Shown in pieces: positions 1 to 8,762 of a DNA stretch of 20,000 nucleotides. A model generated the notes under the pieces. The model was not told where the DNA came from, ran no database searches, and saw only the letters and a list, made by a program, of their open reading frames with translations. Source of the stretch: Halocafeteria seosinensis (taxonomy: Eukaryota); the NCBI GenBank assembly GCA_001687465.1, contig LVLI01000109.1:48919-68918 (forward strand). Reading direction: 5' to 3'. Both the position numbers and the translations under genes were made by a program. Each line of letters begins with the position of its first letter. The stretch's first letter is position 1.

Positions 1-116
1 TTACCGTTAGACAATTCTAAACCGCTTCCGAGGCTCACTTTTTTGGTGATTTTGTCGGAATGTAGATACCGTTCAATAATAGTATTATCGTTATCAAGAA
101 TGAGTGCGACAGCCAT
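1..116 (-). CDS. N-terminal part of a putative fibre/virion protein (runs off the window); N-terminus paralogous to 3476..4927
   Basis: Hand translation from ATG at 116: MAVALILDNDNTIIERYLHSDKITKKVSLGSGLELSNG..., open to the window edge; compare MAVAQILDDTGKILQRYIPD of the beta-helix protein. Confidence 0.7.
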   Translation of the reverse strand, partial: MAVALILDNDNTIIERYLHSDKITKKVSLGSGLELSNG

Positions 117-247
117 ACTGCTTTATAATAGATGATTTTAAAAAAATGCTTTTAAAAAAGCATGGCAAAACTGTGCTTTCCGCGTTAGCGTCTTCAAAAG
201 AACTCTTTTCACATTAGCATCTTCAAAAGGCGGGCTGTTTTGCCGTG

Positions 248-802
248 CTACTTTTGTTTTTGGATATCGCGGGTAAGCCAAGTTACAACTTGGTCATAGG
301 TTTTTAAACCTAATTCCTTTTTGGCTTTATCCAAGGCTCTTTTATACTGTCCGATATCCAGATTTCTATTGCGGTATCTGACTAAGGCGTGACGACCACA
401 AGTATTGGAATCATCGGCCTGTAACTTGAACGGATTGTAGTAGATTGGCTTTTTTTCCAGACCTTGGGCTATTTTTTGGAGAATTAGCGGGTTTTCTTGT
501 CCTAACTCATCGTTCTTAGCTTCGGAAAGCCAAGCCAATGGTTTATCAGGGTATCCGCCGTAAGAATCAAAATATTCAACGTAATTGCCGTGGTCAATAA
601 GCAAGACCCAGTGACCAAAATTATGCTTTTGGAGATATAAAACCATCAAAGCATGAGAAGGATTATCTAATAACTTACAGATATTATTCTTATTCAATTC
701 ATCATAGGTTTTTATAGGGACATGTAACCGTGTAAATTCTTGGAGCTGAGATTCGCTCAAGGCTATCTTTTCCAATTTCTTAATTAGTTTCTTATTCACC
801 AT
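248..802 (-). CDS. Virophage/adenain-type maturation cysteine protease (left element)
   Basis: GHW (catalytic His), EYFDSYG (Asp), LQ...TCGRH (Gln/Cys); 184 aa is typical of virophage/Polinton proteases. Confidence 0.92.
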   Translation of the reverse strand: MVNKKLIKKLEKIALSESQLQEFTRLHVPIKTYDELNKNNICKLLDNPSHALMVLYLQKHNFGHWVLLIDHGNYVEYFDSYGGYPDKPLAWLSEAKNDELGQENPLILQKIAQGLEKKPIYYNPFKLQADDSNTCGRHALVRYRNRNLDIGQYKRALDKAKKELGLKTYDQVVTWLTRDIQKQK

Positions 803-824
803 ATAGCTCTTTTTTAGAAAAAAG
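803..824 (-). promoter_or_regulatory. Left-element promoter motif TTTTCTAAAAAAGAGCTATAT (representative copy)
   Basis: Same motif immediately upstream of ATGs at 802, 1249, 2031, 3417, 6945, 7696 (TCCA variant), variants at 6054 and 6657; contains TCTA as in the CroV/mavirus late promoter. Confidence 0.75.
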
Positions 825-982
825 TATCTTCCGCGTTAGCGTCTTCAAAAGAACTTTAATAATTCTTTTGGAGTTCAATTCAAGTGTTTTTGATGCCACT
901 TTTTCCTAAAAAGGGCTGTTTTGCCGTGCTTTTTTAAAAGCGAAGTTCAGGTGTTTTTGACGCCACTTTTTTTTAAAAAGGG

Positions 983-1249
983 CTAGGCACTAGCGATAGC
1001 ACTAGCAATACCCTTGATTGATTTCTTAACTCCTGTTTTAAAAGCGTTTTTAGCCGTCTTTTTAGCACCTTCCCGAACTCCTTCTGGTAGATTATCGAAG
1101 ATAGCTCTAGCGTTTTTGATTCCGAAGCCTCCTCGTTTAGTGGTTGGCTTATAAGTCTGAGATGCTAATTTAGAAACTTGACTGAAAGATTTCTGGGGGT
1201 TTTGTTTGGCGACTTTACTGACGTGTTGATTCCAAGCTGTTTTTACCAT
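983..1249 (-). CDS. Small basic core/DNA-binding-like protein with a possible GG protease site
   Basis: K-rich, begins TAWNQHVSKVAKQ...ASQTYK, contains KRGG|F; similar in layout to 12110..12313. Confidence 0.6.
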   Translation of the reverse strand: MVKTAWNQHVSKVAKQNPQKSFSQVSKLASQTYKPTTKRGGFGIKNARAIFDNLPEGVREGAKKTAKNAFKTGVKKSIKGIASAIASA

Positions 1250-1263
1250 TCTGTCTATATAGC

Positions 1264-1426
1264 TCTTTTTTAGAAAAAAAGTAGCATCAAAAAATCTTTC
1301 CGCGTTAGCGTCTTCAAAAGAATGTTCTTTTTTAGAAAAAAAGTAACGTCAAAAAACTCTTTCGCGTTAGCGTCTTCAAAAGAATGTTCTTTTTTAGAAA
1401 AAAAGTAACGTCAAAAAACTCTTTCT
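1264..1426. repeat. Tandem duplication of a 62-bp repeat unit (~2.5 copies)
   Basis: CGCGTTAGCGTCTTCAAAAGAATGTTCTTTTTTAGAAAAAAAGTAACGTCAAAAAACTCTTT starts at 1301 and again (as a partial copy) at 1363. Confidence 0.9.
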
Positions 1427-1443
1427 AAAAGCACAAAAAGGGC

Positions 1444-2031
1444 TTAAAAAAAGTTTCGACAGATAGGACAAGACAATTTCTCCAGATGGGGGTAACAATC
1501 TAGACAGACAAAGTGATTACACCGTTTCCATAAATAAACGAGAGCCGGTTTCTCTTTGATACAAATGGGGCAGTCTTCAAAATAAGGGTTTTTCAGAGTA
1601 CTAAACGGGACACACTGGATATTGGGACGAAAATAACGACGAACGGCACTATATTGGGCTTTTTCAAGTGCTATCTGACGATATGACTCGCCGGAATAAC
1701 AGTTTAAGTCCCAATCTGCACCGTGTTGTTCAAAGAACTTGACCATATATAGAGGAGCGGAAGTAACGACTGCCCATAAAGGAGAAAAAATCCACGGTTC
1801 TTCTTCTTGATGACATTCATTCGGATGAATATAATTAATAATTAGATATCTGACGAATTCATACTTGCGACAATGGAGGGCATGAACGACATCAACAGGT
1901 TCAACCGGCATATGTTTTAATTCACAAGCGTATCTAAGAACCGCTAAATCGTTACATCTTTCAATGATACAATCAATCCTCCCCATTATGAAACAGGGAG
2001 TATGAGCCAAACATCCAATCACACGATTCAT
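1444..2031 (-). CDS. RING-finger protein (C3HC4) with a possible ankyrin-like N-terminal region; putative E3 ligase
   Basis: CPIC...CNHFVCLDC...CPICR at C-terminus; SPLWAVV...VKFFEQHGAD is ankyrin-like; start moved to ATG 2031, directly after the element promoter motif (the ORF-track extension is repeat DNA). Confidence 0.85.
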   Translation of the reverse strand: MNRVIGCLAHTPCFIMGRIDCIIERCNDLAVLRYACELKHMPVEPVDVVHALHCRKYEFVRYLIINYIHPNECHQEEEPWIFSPLWAVVTSAPLYMVKFFEQHGADWDLNCYSGESYRQIALEKAQYSAVRRYFRPNIQCVPFSTLKNPYFEDCPICIKEKPALVYLWKRCNHFVCLDCYPHLEKLSCPICRNFF

Positions 2032-2127
2032 ATAGCTCTTTTTTAGAAAAAAAGTAGCGTCAAAAAACTCTTCCACTCTAATAATTCTTTTGGAGTTCAA
2101 GTGTTTTGCTGTGCTTTTTTAAAAGCA

Positions 2128-2277
2128 CTAGGGCTTGATACTGATTTTGGAACAGGTCATTTGGGAGTCTTCGTAGAGACAGCTACTTCGGCATCGTAAT
2201 TTCTTAAAAAGTTTGTAGAAAAATGGTATTGCTCCCATCCCTCCGGTAATTATTAGGACTATAGTTATTATTTCCAT
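2128..2277 (-). CDS. 49-aa membrane protein with Cys motif (not in ORF track)
   Basis: MEIITIVLIITGGMGAIPFFYKLFKKLRCRSSCLYEDSQMTCSKISIKP; homologous to 10569..10721. Confidence 0.75.
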   Translation of the reverse strand: MEIITIVLIITGGMGAIPFFYKLFKKLRCRSSCLYEDSQMTCSKISIKP

Positions 2278-2313
2278 ACCCTATACTTAAGGGTAAATAA
2301 ATAAAATCCCCCT

Positions 2314-3417
2314 TTAGCGGAGTCTATACTTAATCCCTATCTTTTTAACAGGTTTTTTGCCAGTTTTATTCTTTTTGTTTTTCCTATTAGTAGTTTTGCC
2401 GTGCTTTTTTAAAAGCACAGTTTTGCCTTGACCTAGTGGTGGTGTTGGTGGTCGGTTTTGTGCTGGTGGTGGTGGTGTTGGTGGTGTTGGTGGTCGGTCT
2501 CTAGTAGATGCTTCGGGTTCAGCCGATAACATCCCTGTGCTCAGTTTCTCGATAGTAGCATTGCTAATTTTACTCCATGTACGGATATCGGAGCTGTTTT
2601 GTAGTGTGCCAATCAATGATGCGTGACTCGTAGATGTAAGCTTATCAAAGACGGTTTGTATGTCTTGTGTACGCCCTTGTTGATGAAAGGTTTGTCGTAG
2701 TATCGTTGTCAGAAGAAACATAATAATCAAAATTCGGAAGGGTTGCTTATTGGCTTGGATAAGTTGCCACGTAACTTGGCTGGAACTAAGAATAGCATTC
2801 AAGAGAGACTGTATTTTTTCTAACTGCTGTTCGTTAAATTTAGTTCCTTGTTTTTCTATGTTATTCATAGCCCGACCTAGTTCTTCAATCTTGACTTCAG
2901 AAATACGGGCTTTGGAACTTGTTACAGCGGAACGGACATCTTGAAGAACTTGTATGATACGTAGGTATTCACCTCGGTTTTCAGTCAATGGGAGCGTATC
3001 TTTATCAAGAATTTGTTTAGCTTGTTGCCCTTCTTGTTTGTTTTCGGCGTTACGCCGTAATAACCGTTGCTTTTCACGGACTAATTCATTTTCTTCGTTG
3101 GCGTTTTTTTTTATTAGAGCCCCTCCTGAATTGCTTTTGTTTTGGAATCGTCCAACCTCATCGGTTTCAAGAGATTGATTTTTTCCTTGATTGAATGCTC
3201 GATAGACCTTTTTGGTTTCAATTCGTTTTTGAATAAAGTTGATTTTGGCTTGTTGTAGCCGATTGGAATTAGTGAAGGTCTTCTTACTAGGCTTTTCTGT
3301 GATGTAAGGAGAATTAAAGAAAAACTTATAGGTTGGGTCACCCATACGACCATAATCAAGAGTAGGACGATGAGGTTGTTCAAACATTGCGTTGCCTTTA
3401 AATCCGCGTGAAGTCAT
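2314..3417 (-). CDS. Hypothetical protein with Pro-rich linker and K-rich tail, possibly a virion core protein
   Basis: 367-aa ORF preceded by the element promoter motif at 3421-3445; RPPTPPTPPPPAQNRPPTPP; NSGG|A possible cleavage site. Confidence 0.7.
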   Translation of the reverse strand: MTSRGFKGNAMFEQPHRPTLDYGRMGDPTYKFFFNSPYITEKPSKKTFTNSNRLQQAKINFIQKRIETKKVYRAFNQGKNQSLETDEVGRFQNKSNSGGALIKKNANEENELVREKQRLLRRNAENKQEGQQAKQILDKDTLPLTENRGEYLRIIQVLQDVRSAVTSSKARISEVKIEELGRAMNNIEKQGTKFNEQQLEKIQSLLNAILSSSQVTWQLIQANKQPFRILIIMFLLTTILRQTFHQQGRTQDIQTVFDKLTSTSHASLIGTLQNSSDIRTWSKISNATIEKLSTGMLSAEPEASTRDRPPTPPTPPPPAQNRPPTPPLGQGKTVLLKKHGKTTNRKNKKNKTGKKPVKKIGIKYRLR

Positions 3418-3475
3418 TTCTCTATAGCTCTTTTTTAGAAAAAAATTTCTGAAAAATAACTATAAGGAATAAAAG

Positions 3476-4927
3476 ATGGCAGTAGCACAAATCTTGGATG
3501 ATACGGGAAAAATTTTACAAAGATACATTCCGGATACTGAACACGATAGTTTTAGTGTAATAATTGCTTCGTCGGAAGCCCCACAAGATGTTAAAGACAG
3601 TGCTGACTATGTTTGTTCTGGAACGGATGACCAAAACACAATTCAGAATGCTATTAATCAGGCTCAAGATGGGGATGTTATACGGCTTACTAGTGGGAAA
3701 TTTTTTATTGATGGAGGTAGTACCAACAATGGAAATGTGGCAATTAACTTATTAAGCGGAATTTCATTTCGTGGCTCATCTAGCAGTGGAACTATTTTAG
3801 AAGTTAACGCTAATTTTGATACTGCTATCAGAACGTTACATGCCGATGATAATAAAGATAATATAGCAATTCGTGATTTATTTGTTGACAACCAATGGGC
3901 AACTCGTGGAAGTCCAGCAGATGACCGTGGTCTTATAATTTCTACCTGTAGTTCGGTTGTTGTAGAAAATATACGCCTCGCGGATGCCGACGTAGGAGGT
4001 GAATTTAACGATAACACGTTATTTCGCGGTAATAATATTTTATGTTCCAACTGTAGTGCCGGTATTATTATAAATGGAACAGAAGCTAAAATGCCCATAT
4101 ATAACGGGATAAAGTGTGTGGATTGTAACAACGGAATACAGTTAAAAGGAGGATATACAACTTTGCGAGACTGTCAGTTATTGAACTGTAACGTAAATGG
4201 GGGAGATGGTGCTCTGTGGCTATATGGCTCTTCTCGTAACTTGATAGAAAATATTTCTATTCGTTCTGATACTCAAGGTTCTCCAACAGTAAAAGGAATT
4301 TATTTTGGAGATGATGGAGAGGGAAATCATAGTAGCAATAACAAACTGAGACAACTGTACCTTGAGAACTGTACTACAGGTATGGACTTCGACCAATTAA
4401 ATCAAACTAACTTTATTAGCGATGCTTGGTGTGTAAGCAATAACCGAGACGTATCTCAAAATCAAGGAGCACAAAACGAATTTTCAGGTCTGGATATTAG
4501 CAAAAAGATAGACCAACAGTACCTTTCCGCTATCTCCTCAACGGATGCTTCAATACGTATCAAGAATTCCACTATTGATATGTTTACCAGCACTGTCGAC
4601 AATATTGGTGACCATTGTATTAGTATTGGGGGTAACGGTGATGGTACAAGAAACATTATCACGAACAATCGACTTCGTTCGTCCAAAGTATCTGGTGTGT
4701 TAGTTGAATTCTCTAACGTGGGAGAACCGAGTAACAATCCTTTCTTAATGATTAGTTCAAATACTATTTTTAATTGTGGAAATTTTGGTTTAGAAATAAA
4801 AAATACAAAGAAATCCCTTATTACCGGTAATCTGGCGGAGAATAATACCGCATCAATTAACACTTTGAGTAATGATAGTAACTCTGATTATACTGTGGTT
4901 GCCAATAGCTTTGCCAACCAACCATAA
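3476..4927 (+). CDS. Right-handed beta-helix (pectin lyase-like) spike/fibre protein
   Basis: ADYVCSGTDDQNTIQNAINQA..GDVIRLTSGKFFI cap motif typical of tailspike beta-helices, followed by Asn/Ile/Gly-rich PbH1-like repeats. Confidence 0.85.
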   Translation: MAVAQILDDTGKILQRYIPDTEHDSFSVIIASSEAPQDVKDSADYVCSGTDDQNTIQNAINQAQDGDVIRLTSGKFFIDGGSTNNGNVAINLLSGISFRGSSSSGTILEVNANFDTAIRTLHADDNKDNIAIRDLFVDNQWATRGSPADDRGLIISTCSSVVVENIRLADADVGGEFNDNTLFRGNNILCSNCSAGIIINGTEAKMPIYNGIKCVDCNNGIQLKGGYTTLRDCQLLNCNVNGGDGALWLYGSSRNLIENISIRSDTQGSPTVKGIYFGDDGEGNHSSNNKLRQLYLENCTTGMDFDQLNQTNFISDAWCVSNNRDVSQNQGAQNEFSGLDISKKIDQQYLSAISSTDASIRIKNSTIDMFTSTVDNIGDHCISIGGNGDGTRNIITNNRLRSSKVSGVLVEFSNVGEPSNNPFLMISSNTIFNCGNFGLEIKNTKKSLITGNLAENNTASINTLSNDSNSDYTVVANSFANQP

Positions 4928-5021
4928 GTGCTTTTAAAAAAGCACGGCAAAACTTTTTCCGCGTTAGCGTCTTCAAAAGAAATATAATAATTCTTTTGAA
5001 GTTTAGGTGTTTTTGAAGCCA

Positions 5022-5993
5022 CTAAGAGCACAGAGCATAGTATCGGCAAACTGTTTCAGGTAGTTTAACACCGTTAGGTAGTTCAACTATTTCTTCATCT
5101 GGATGACCATACCCTAACTTAACTAAATCGTTTTTAGTGGGGGGTTTCAACTTACCACCGCCTCGTTTCACGGCGTCAGCCTTTGTCAAACCTTGGAAAT
5201 TAATTAGTGAATGGTTCTTAACATTGGACTTAGCTACGCGTGGGAAGACAACTAAACCCCGTCTCAAGAATCGTCCTGATAATTCAAAAAGTGGGTCACC
5301 TTTGATATACCAGAAACTGAAATTTTTAGGGGTTCGTAAAAGGTCTCGGGGTTGTAAAGCACCGTTATATCCGCGACCCGACTTGCCTATTTTGAAATCC
5401 CGATGAATTTGAAGTTGAATTGCGTTGCCTAAACTATGTCCGGTTAAGAAAAAGCAAATCTCAGACATTTGGTCTTCGTAGGATTTCAGAATTTCTGTTG
5501 TAGCTTTCGAATCCGCTTGATATCTTGGACTATCGGTCAATCGGTTAAACATAATATTCTTATCGGCGACAATGTCTTGGACATCTAGTTGAGTGCCACG
5601 GTAAGCAATAACAACTGAATTAACTAATTTATCTTGATAAACGGCGACTGTAGGAGTAGAAATATTGGCTTGGTATTGCCACCAATCATTAATGAGCATA
5701 GGTCGTTTCTTGGGAGCTTCATAAGATGCCGAACAAATTTGAAAATAGCTTTTGTCACTAGGCTCTTTACAGCCTTTAAACATTTGACCATTCTTGGCTT
5801 TGGCACGTGTCTGGATATCATCCACTACTTCTTTTTTGTCCTGCTCCGCGTTAGCGTCCTCTTGCTCGTTTTGCCCACTTTTGCTTTCTTTAGCTGTCTT
5901 AGCTTTTTTATTATTAACTTTGGTATTTACTTCTTTGGCTAGATTTTCCTGAAGTTTGTCAAGTTTTTTCAACAATTTAGTAATACGACTCAT
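5022..5993 (-). CDS. Class 3 lipase-like alpha/beta hydrolase
   Basis: VVIAYRGT and FLTGHSLG nucleophile motif, downstream GDP (Asp) and NHSL (His). Confidence 0.88.
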   Translation of the reverse strand: MSRITKLLKKLDKLQENLAKEVNTKVNNKKAKTAKESKSGQNEQEDANAEQDKKEVVDDIQTRAKAKNGQMFKGCKEPSDKSYFQICSASYEAPKKRPMLINDWWQYQANISTPTVAVYQDKLVNSVVIAYRGTQLDVQDIVADKNIMFNRLTDSPRYQADSKATTEILKSYEDQMSEICFFLTGHSLGNAIQLQIHRDFKIGKSGRGYNGALQPRDLLRTPKNFSFWYIKGDPLFELSGRFLRRGLVVFPRVAKSNVKNHSLINFQGLTKADAVKRGGGKLKPPTKNDLVKLGYGHPDEEIVELPNGVKLPETVCRYYALCS

Positions 5994-6053
5994 TATAATT
6001 ATTCGTTTTAAAATCTAAGAATTTTTTGACGCTACTTTTTTATAAAAAGAGCA

Positions 6054-6554
6054 ATGACATTAATTTCACCTTGGTTTTGTTTCTATTGTCGTATAGAACC
6101 CGAACAATGGGTAGTTGAGGACTGGTTACGAAAAACATTTAACCAACTTTACCTTCGTTTGAAGTTAGAAGACGAACCGCATTTAGCATTCATCTGGGAT
6201 GCTGGAAAGAAAGAAATATGGCTACAATTCCCGCACATTTGGGTATCTCAAGAGGATTTGGAACGCTTACGTAGGACTATTATTTGGATAGTCCAAGACA
6301 AGTTTGTGAATAAGGACATCATCGAAGATATTATCACCTTCAGCAAACCACCGGTTATTGAGGGAGGAAACCTACCTCGTCCAGTATTTATTGAAAAGGT
6401 AAGTCAAGTAGGTAAGACACTTTATTATGAAATTACTGATATTACTGACGAACTAGATGATAATACGGAAGCACAATGGGACTATTTTAAGAAGGCTTGT
6501 TCATCAACTGGTCATCCGAATGACCCACATAGGGAATACAAAATCATCATCTAG
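6054..6554 (+). CDS. Hypothetical protein, weak resemblance to a degenerate AEP primase fragment
   Basis: 166-aa ORF with promoter-like motif just upstream; IWLQFPHIWV loosely recalls the HLxFPxI motif but lacks the His. Confidence 0.5.
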   Translation: MTLISPWFCFYCRIEPEQWVVEDWLRKTFNQLYLRLKLEDEPHLAFIWDAGKKEIWLQFPHIWVSQEDLERLRRTIIWIVQDKFVNKDIIEDIITFSKPPVIEGGNLPRPVFIEKVSQVGKTLYYEITDITDELDDNTEAQWDYFKKACSSTGHPNDPHREYKIII

Positions 6555-6656
6555 GTGCTTTTAAAAAAAAAGTGGCGTCAAAAACCTAAACTGACTAGGA
6601 CGCTGACGCGAAAAGTGTTTTTGATGCCACTTTTTTTCAAAAAGGGCTTATATAGT

Positions 6657-6911
6657 ATGTATCTTAAAGATTCCAGAGTTAAACCAAGTCTATCATTGCT
6701 TAATACACCTGAAGACCAGTTTTTTAGTATGATAAAGGATTGGAAAAAAGAACTGATGGAATGGAGGGAAAAAAATAAAGATTTCTCAGCAGGTGATACT
6801 GTGTCATGTGACCACCAGACCATGTATATAATGGTTAATGTTCTAGGTATAGTTCAATGTACCCCCGATATGTCTATTGATAATTTTGAAAAGTATAAGG
6901 TATGCTTTTAA
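6657..6911 (+). CDS. Hypothetical protein (84 aa)
   Basis: Start moved to ATG 6657 after TTTTTCAAAAAGGGCTTATATAGT; upstream ORF-track extension is repeat DNA. Confidence 0.6.
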   Translation: MYLKDSRVKPSLSLLNTPEDQFFSMIKDWKKELMEWREKNKDFSAGDTVSCDHQTMYIMVNVLGIVQCTPDMSIDNFEKYKVCF

Positions 6912-6944
6912 AAGCATTTTTTTCTAAAAAAGAGCTATATAAGA

Positions 6945-7537
6945 ATGAAACTATTAGAACTATTCAGCGGAACAAAAAGTATTGGAAAAGTATTTGAACC
7001 AAATGGTTGGATGGTGGTTTCCGTGGATAGTGATTCAAAATCTGAGCCGACTATTTGTGAAGATATTCTTAAACTTGATTACAAATCCTTATGGCAACCA
7101 AAAGAGTTTGATGTAGTATGGGCAAGTCCACCGTGTACCGAATATTCCAGAATTTAGAATTAGCTAACAAAATTGTTCAAAGAACTTTGGAAATTATTAT
7201 TTACCTTCAACCCAAATTTTGGTTTATTGAAAACCCCGATTCTGGATTGCTGAAAAATCAAGATTTTATGAAAAATATCCCTTTCACCAGAGCAGATTAT
7301 TGTAAATATGGCTATAAATACCGTAAAAGAACGAGATTTTGGGGGACTGTTGAAGGTTTGGAACTGAAAATGTGTAAGTATGATTGTCCAGCAACTGATG
7401 AAACAGGGAAAAAACATCTTACTTCAATAGGACAACACAGAACAGGAAATGGTCAAGTAGATAGGACTACATTAAATAAAAGACATTCAATTCCACCTGC
7501 GTTATGTAAAGCATTTTATGATTACGTGTGCTTTTAA
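6945..7537 (+). pseudogene. Frameshifted C5-cytosine DNA methyltransferase
   Basis: LLELFSG (motif I) and WASPPC (motif IV) in 6945..7157; FIENP (VI), DYCKYG and RKRT (VIII) in the next frame; break at ~7148-7152. Confidence 0.88.
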
Positions 7538-7695
7538 AAAAGCACGGCAAAACACTTGAACTTCAAAAGAATTATTAGAGTTCTTTCTAAGACGCTAACG
7601 CGGAAAGAGTTTTGAAGTTTTTTAGATGCTTTATGCTTTTAAAAAAGCATGGCAAAACTTTTTTGATGCTACTTTTTTTTCCAAAAAAGAGCTAT

Positions 7696-8130
7696 ATGAA
7701 ACGGTCTAGATTTTTTACCAGAGAGGAAAAAAGAATTATTGATGTATTGACATTTACGGACGATTGGACATTGTTAGGGTCTCCAGCTGACCCGAACTTT
7801 CGATATACATCTGATTTTGATGTAATGGGAAATGTGCCCTTTTCAGGAAAGAGCAAGAATATGGGACAGATGTTAGCTGATATGTTGAAAAAGAAAGTAG
7901 AAACCATTCATCGTATGAAAAACGTCTATCTAGGCGATGTAAAAGCTGGGACACACAAAGGTGAAAAACTGAGGTGGAATAGAACAACTATTCGTCAAGG
8001 TTATCAGGTGCTCAGCCCTTTTAAAAAGAGTGGCGTCAAAAACTTGGTTTATTTAAGTGATGCCATTAACCAAATCGAAGCAGAGAATATCTGGCGGAAA
8101 AAGTGGATAAAGGGATACATCCTAATATAA
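7696..8130 (+). CDS. Nucleotidyltransferase-like virophage protein (possibly Sputnik V21-like), probably 3'-truncated
   Basis: LLGS...YTSDFD (GS...DxD-like), GDVKAG, LRW; start ATG 7696 follows promoter motif; last 12 codons read into the palindrome at 8094. Confidence 0.55.
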   Translation: MKRSRFFTREEKRIIDVLTFTDDWTLLGSPADPNFRYTSDFDVMGNVPFSGKSKNMGQMLADMLKKKVETIHRMKNVYLGDVKAGTHKGEKLRWNRTTIRQGYQVLSPFKKSGVKNLVYLSDAINQIEAENIWRKKWIKGYILI

Positions 8131-8299
8131 TTGGGGATTATCCCCAAAATTTTATAGCAGGGGGTAAAACCCTAAATCCACAGGGAACCTGCTACCTGAA
8201 GGTAGCAGTCCTATACATCTAGGGTTTAATCCTCTATTATAAAACCAAGGGGCTTAACCTCAATCATACAGGGATATACCCTATATCCACTTTTTCCGC
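8094..8299. repeat. ~205-bp imperfect palindrome at the junction of the two elements
   Basis: GCGGAAAAAGTGGATA (8094-8109) / TATCCACTTTTTCCGC (8284-8299); centre CTGCTACC-TGAA-GGTAGCAG; arms alignable throughout. Confidence 0.92.
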
Positions 8300-8353
8300 A
8301 AAATTACACTTAAAATTACACTCAAAATTAAGTTTTAAATTAAGTTTTAATAA

Positions 8354-8416
8354 GTAGCAGGCACCGTGGTCTTTAGGTTGTAGTGGGACTCTACAATGAG
8401 CGAGGCTTTATTGAGC
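8354..8416 (+). ncRNA. Candidate structured RNA/DNA element, copy A
   Basis: Similar to reverse complement of 11960-12020; stems TGTAG/CTACA and CAATGAG-CGAGGC-TTTATTG. Confidence 0.45.
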
Positions 8417-8465
8417 GAGTCCTACATTATATATTTATATTTTCTCTAAATAGAAATTTTTACAA

Positions 8466-8726
8466 TTAATCAGTTCTAAGATTGTTGTTGGAAAGGTAAT
8501 TGGAAAGATATAATAGTCGGAAAAATACGTGTGATGTTGAGCCGAAAAGAGGTTCATCAGGGTTCAACTTCCCTTGTTTCCAATTTTCATATAGTTCTTT
8601 TATATCATCAGCATCATCAGTTTCATACATTTCTGTGAAATGGGATTGTTCTTCGTCCCATAAGTAATTTATTACATAATTAACGCAGTCAATGAAATTT
8701 TTGTGGGTTTCCTGTGTTTCCGTCAT
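8466..8726 (-). CDS. Hypothetical acidic protein
   Basis: 86-aa ORF with AAAATTGA 36 nt upstream. Confidence 0.7.
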   Translation of the reverse strand: MTETQETHKNFIDCVNYVINYLWDEEQSHFTEMYETDDADDIKELYENWKQGKLNPDEPLFGSTSHVFFRLLYLSNYLSNNNLRTD

Positions 8727-8762
8727 ATTGGTAATTTAGTTTAAAGGTTACAATTTTAAAAA

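Larger units (their letters stand above)
146..8043. repeat. Dispersed modular repeat family restricted to the left element
   Basis: CGCGTTAGCGTC at 181, 832, 1301, 1363, 4960, 5847, reverse at 7591, variants at 210 and 6599; GCTTTTAAAAAAGCAYGGCAAAAC near 148, 920, 2103, 2394, 4930, 7530, 7635; TTTTGAYGCCACTTTT..AAAAGGGC near 888, 955, 6619 and reverse at 8015. Confidence 0.92.

Noticed and set aside
1264..1426. CRISPR-like array
   Set aside because: Intervening sequences are identical rather than unique spacers, and no cas genes are present; it is a tandem duplication
2750..5942. Overlapping ORFs 2750, 2954, 3114, 3564, 3664, 4462, 5137, 5624, 5634
   Set aside because: Antisense or alternate-frame shadows of longer genes, with no motifs or promoter signals
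2032..7695. N-terminal extensions of ORFs 1444..2100, 6555..6911 and 7612..8130
   Set aside because: They start at TTG/GTG and translate intergenic repeat DNA; the promoter motif marks the downstream ATGs
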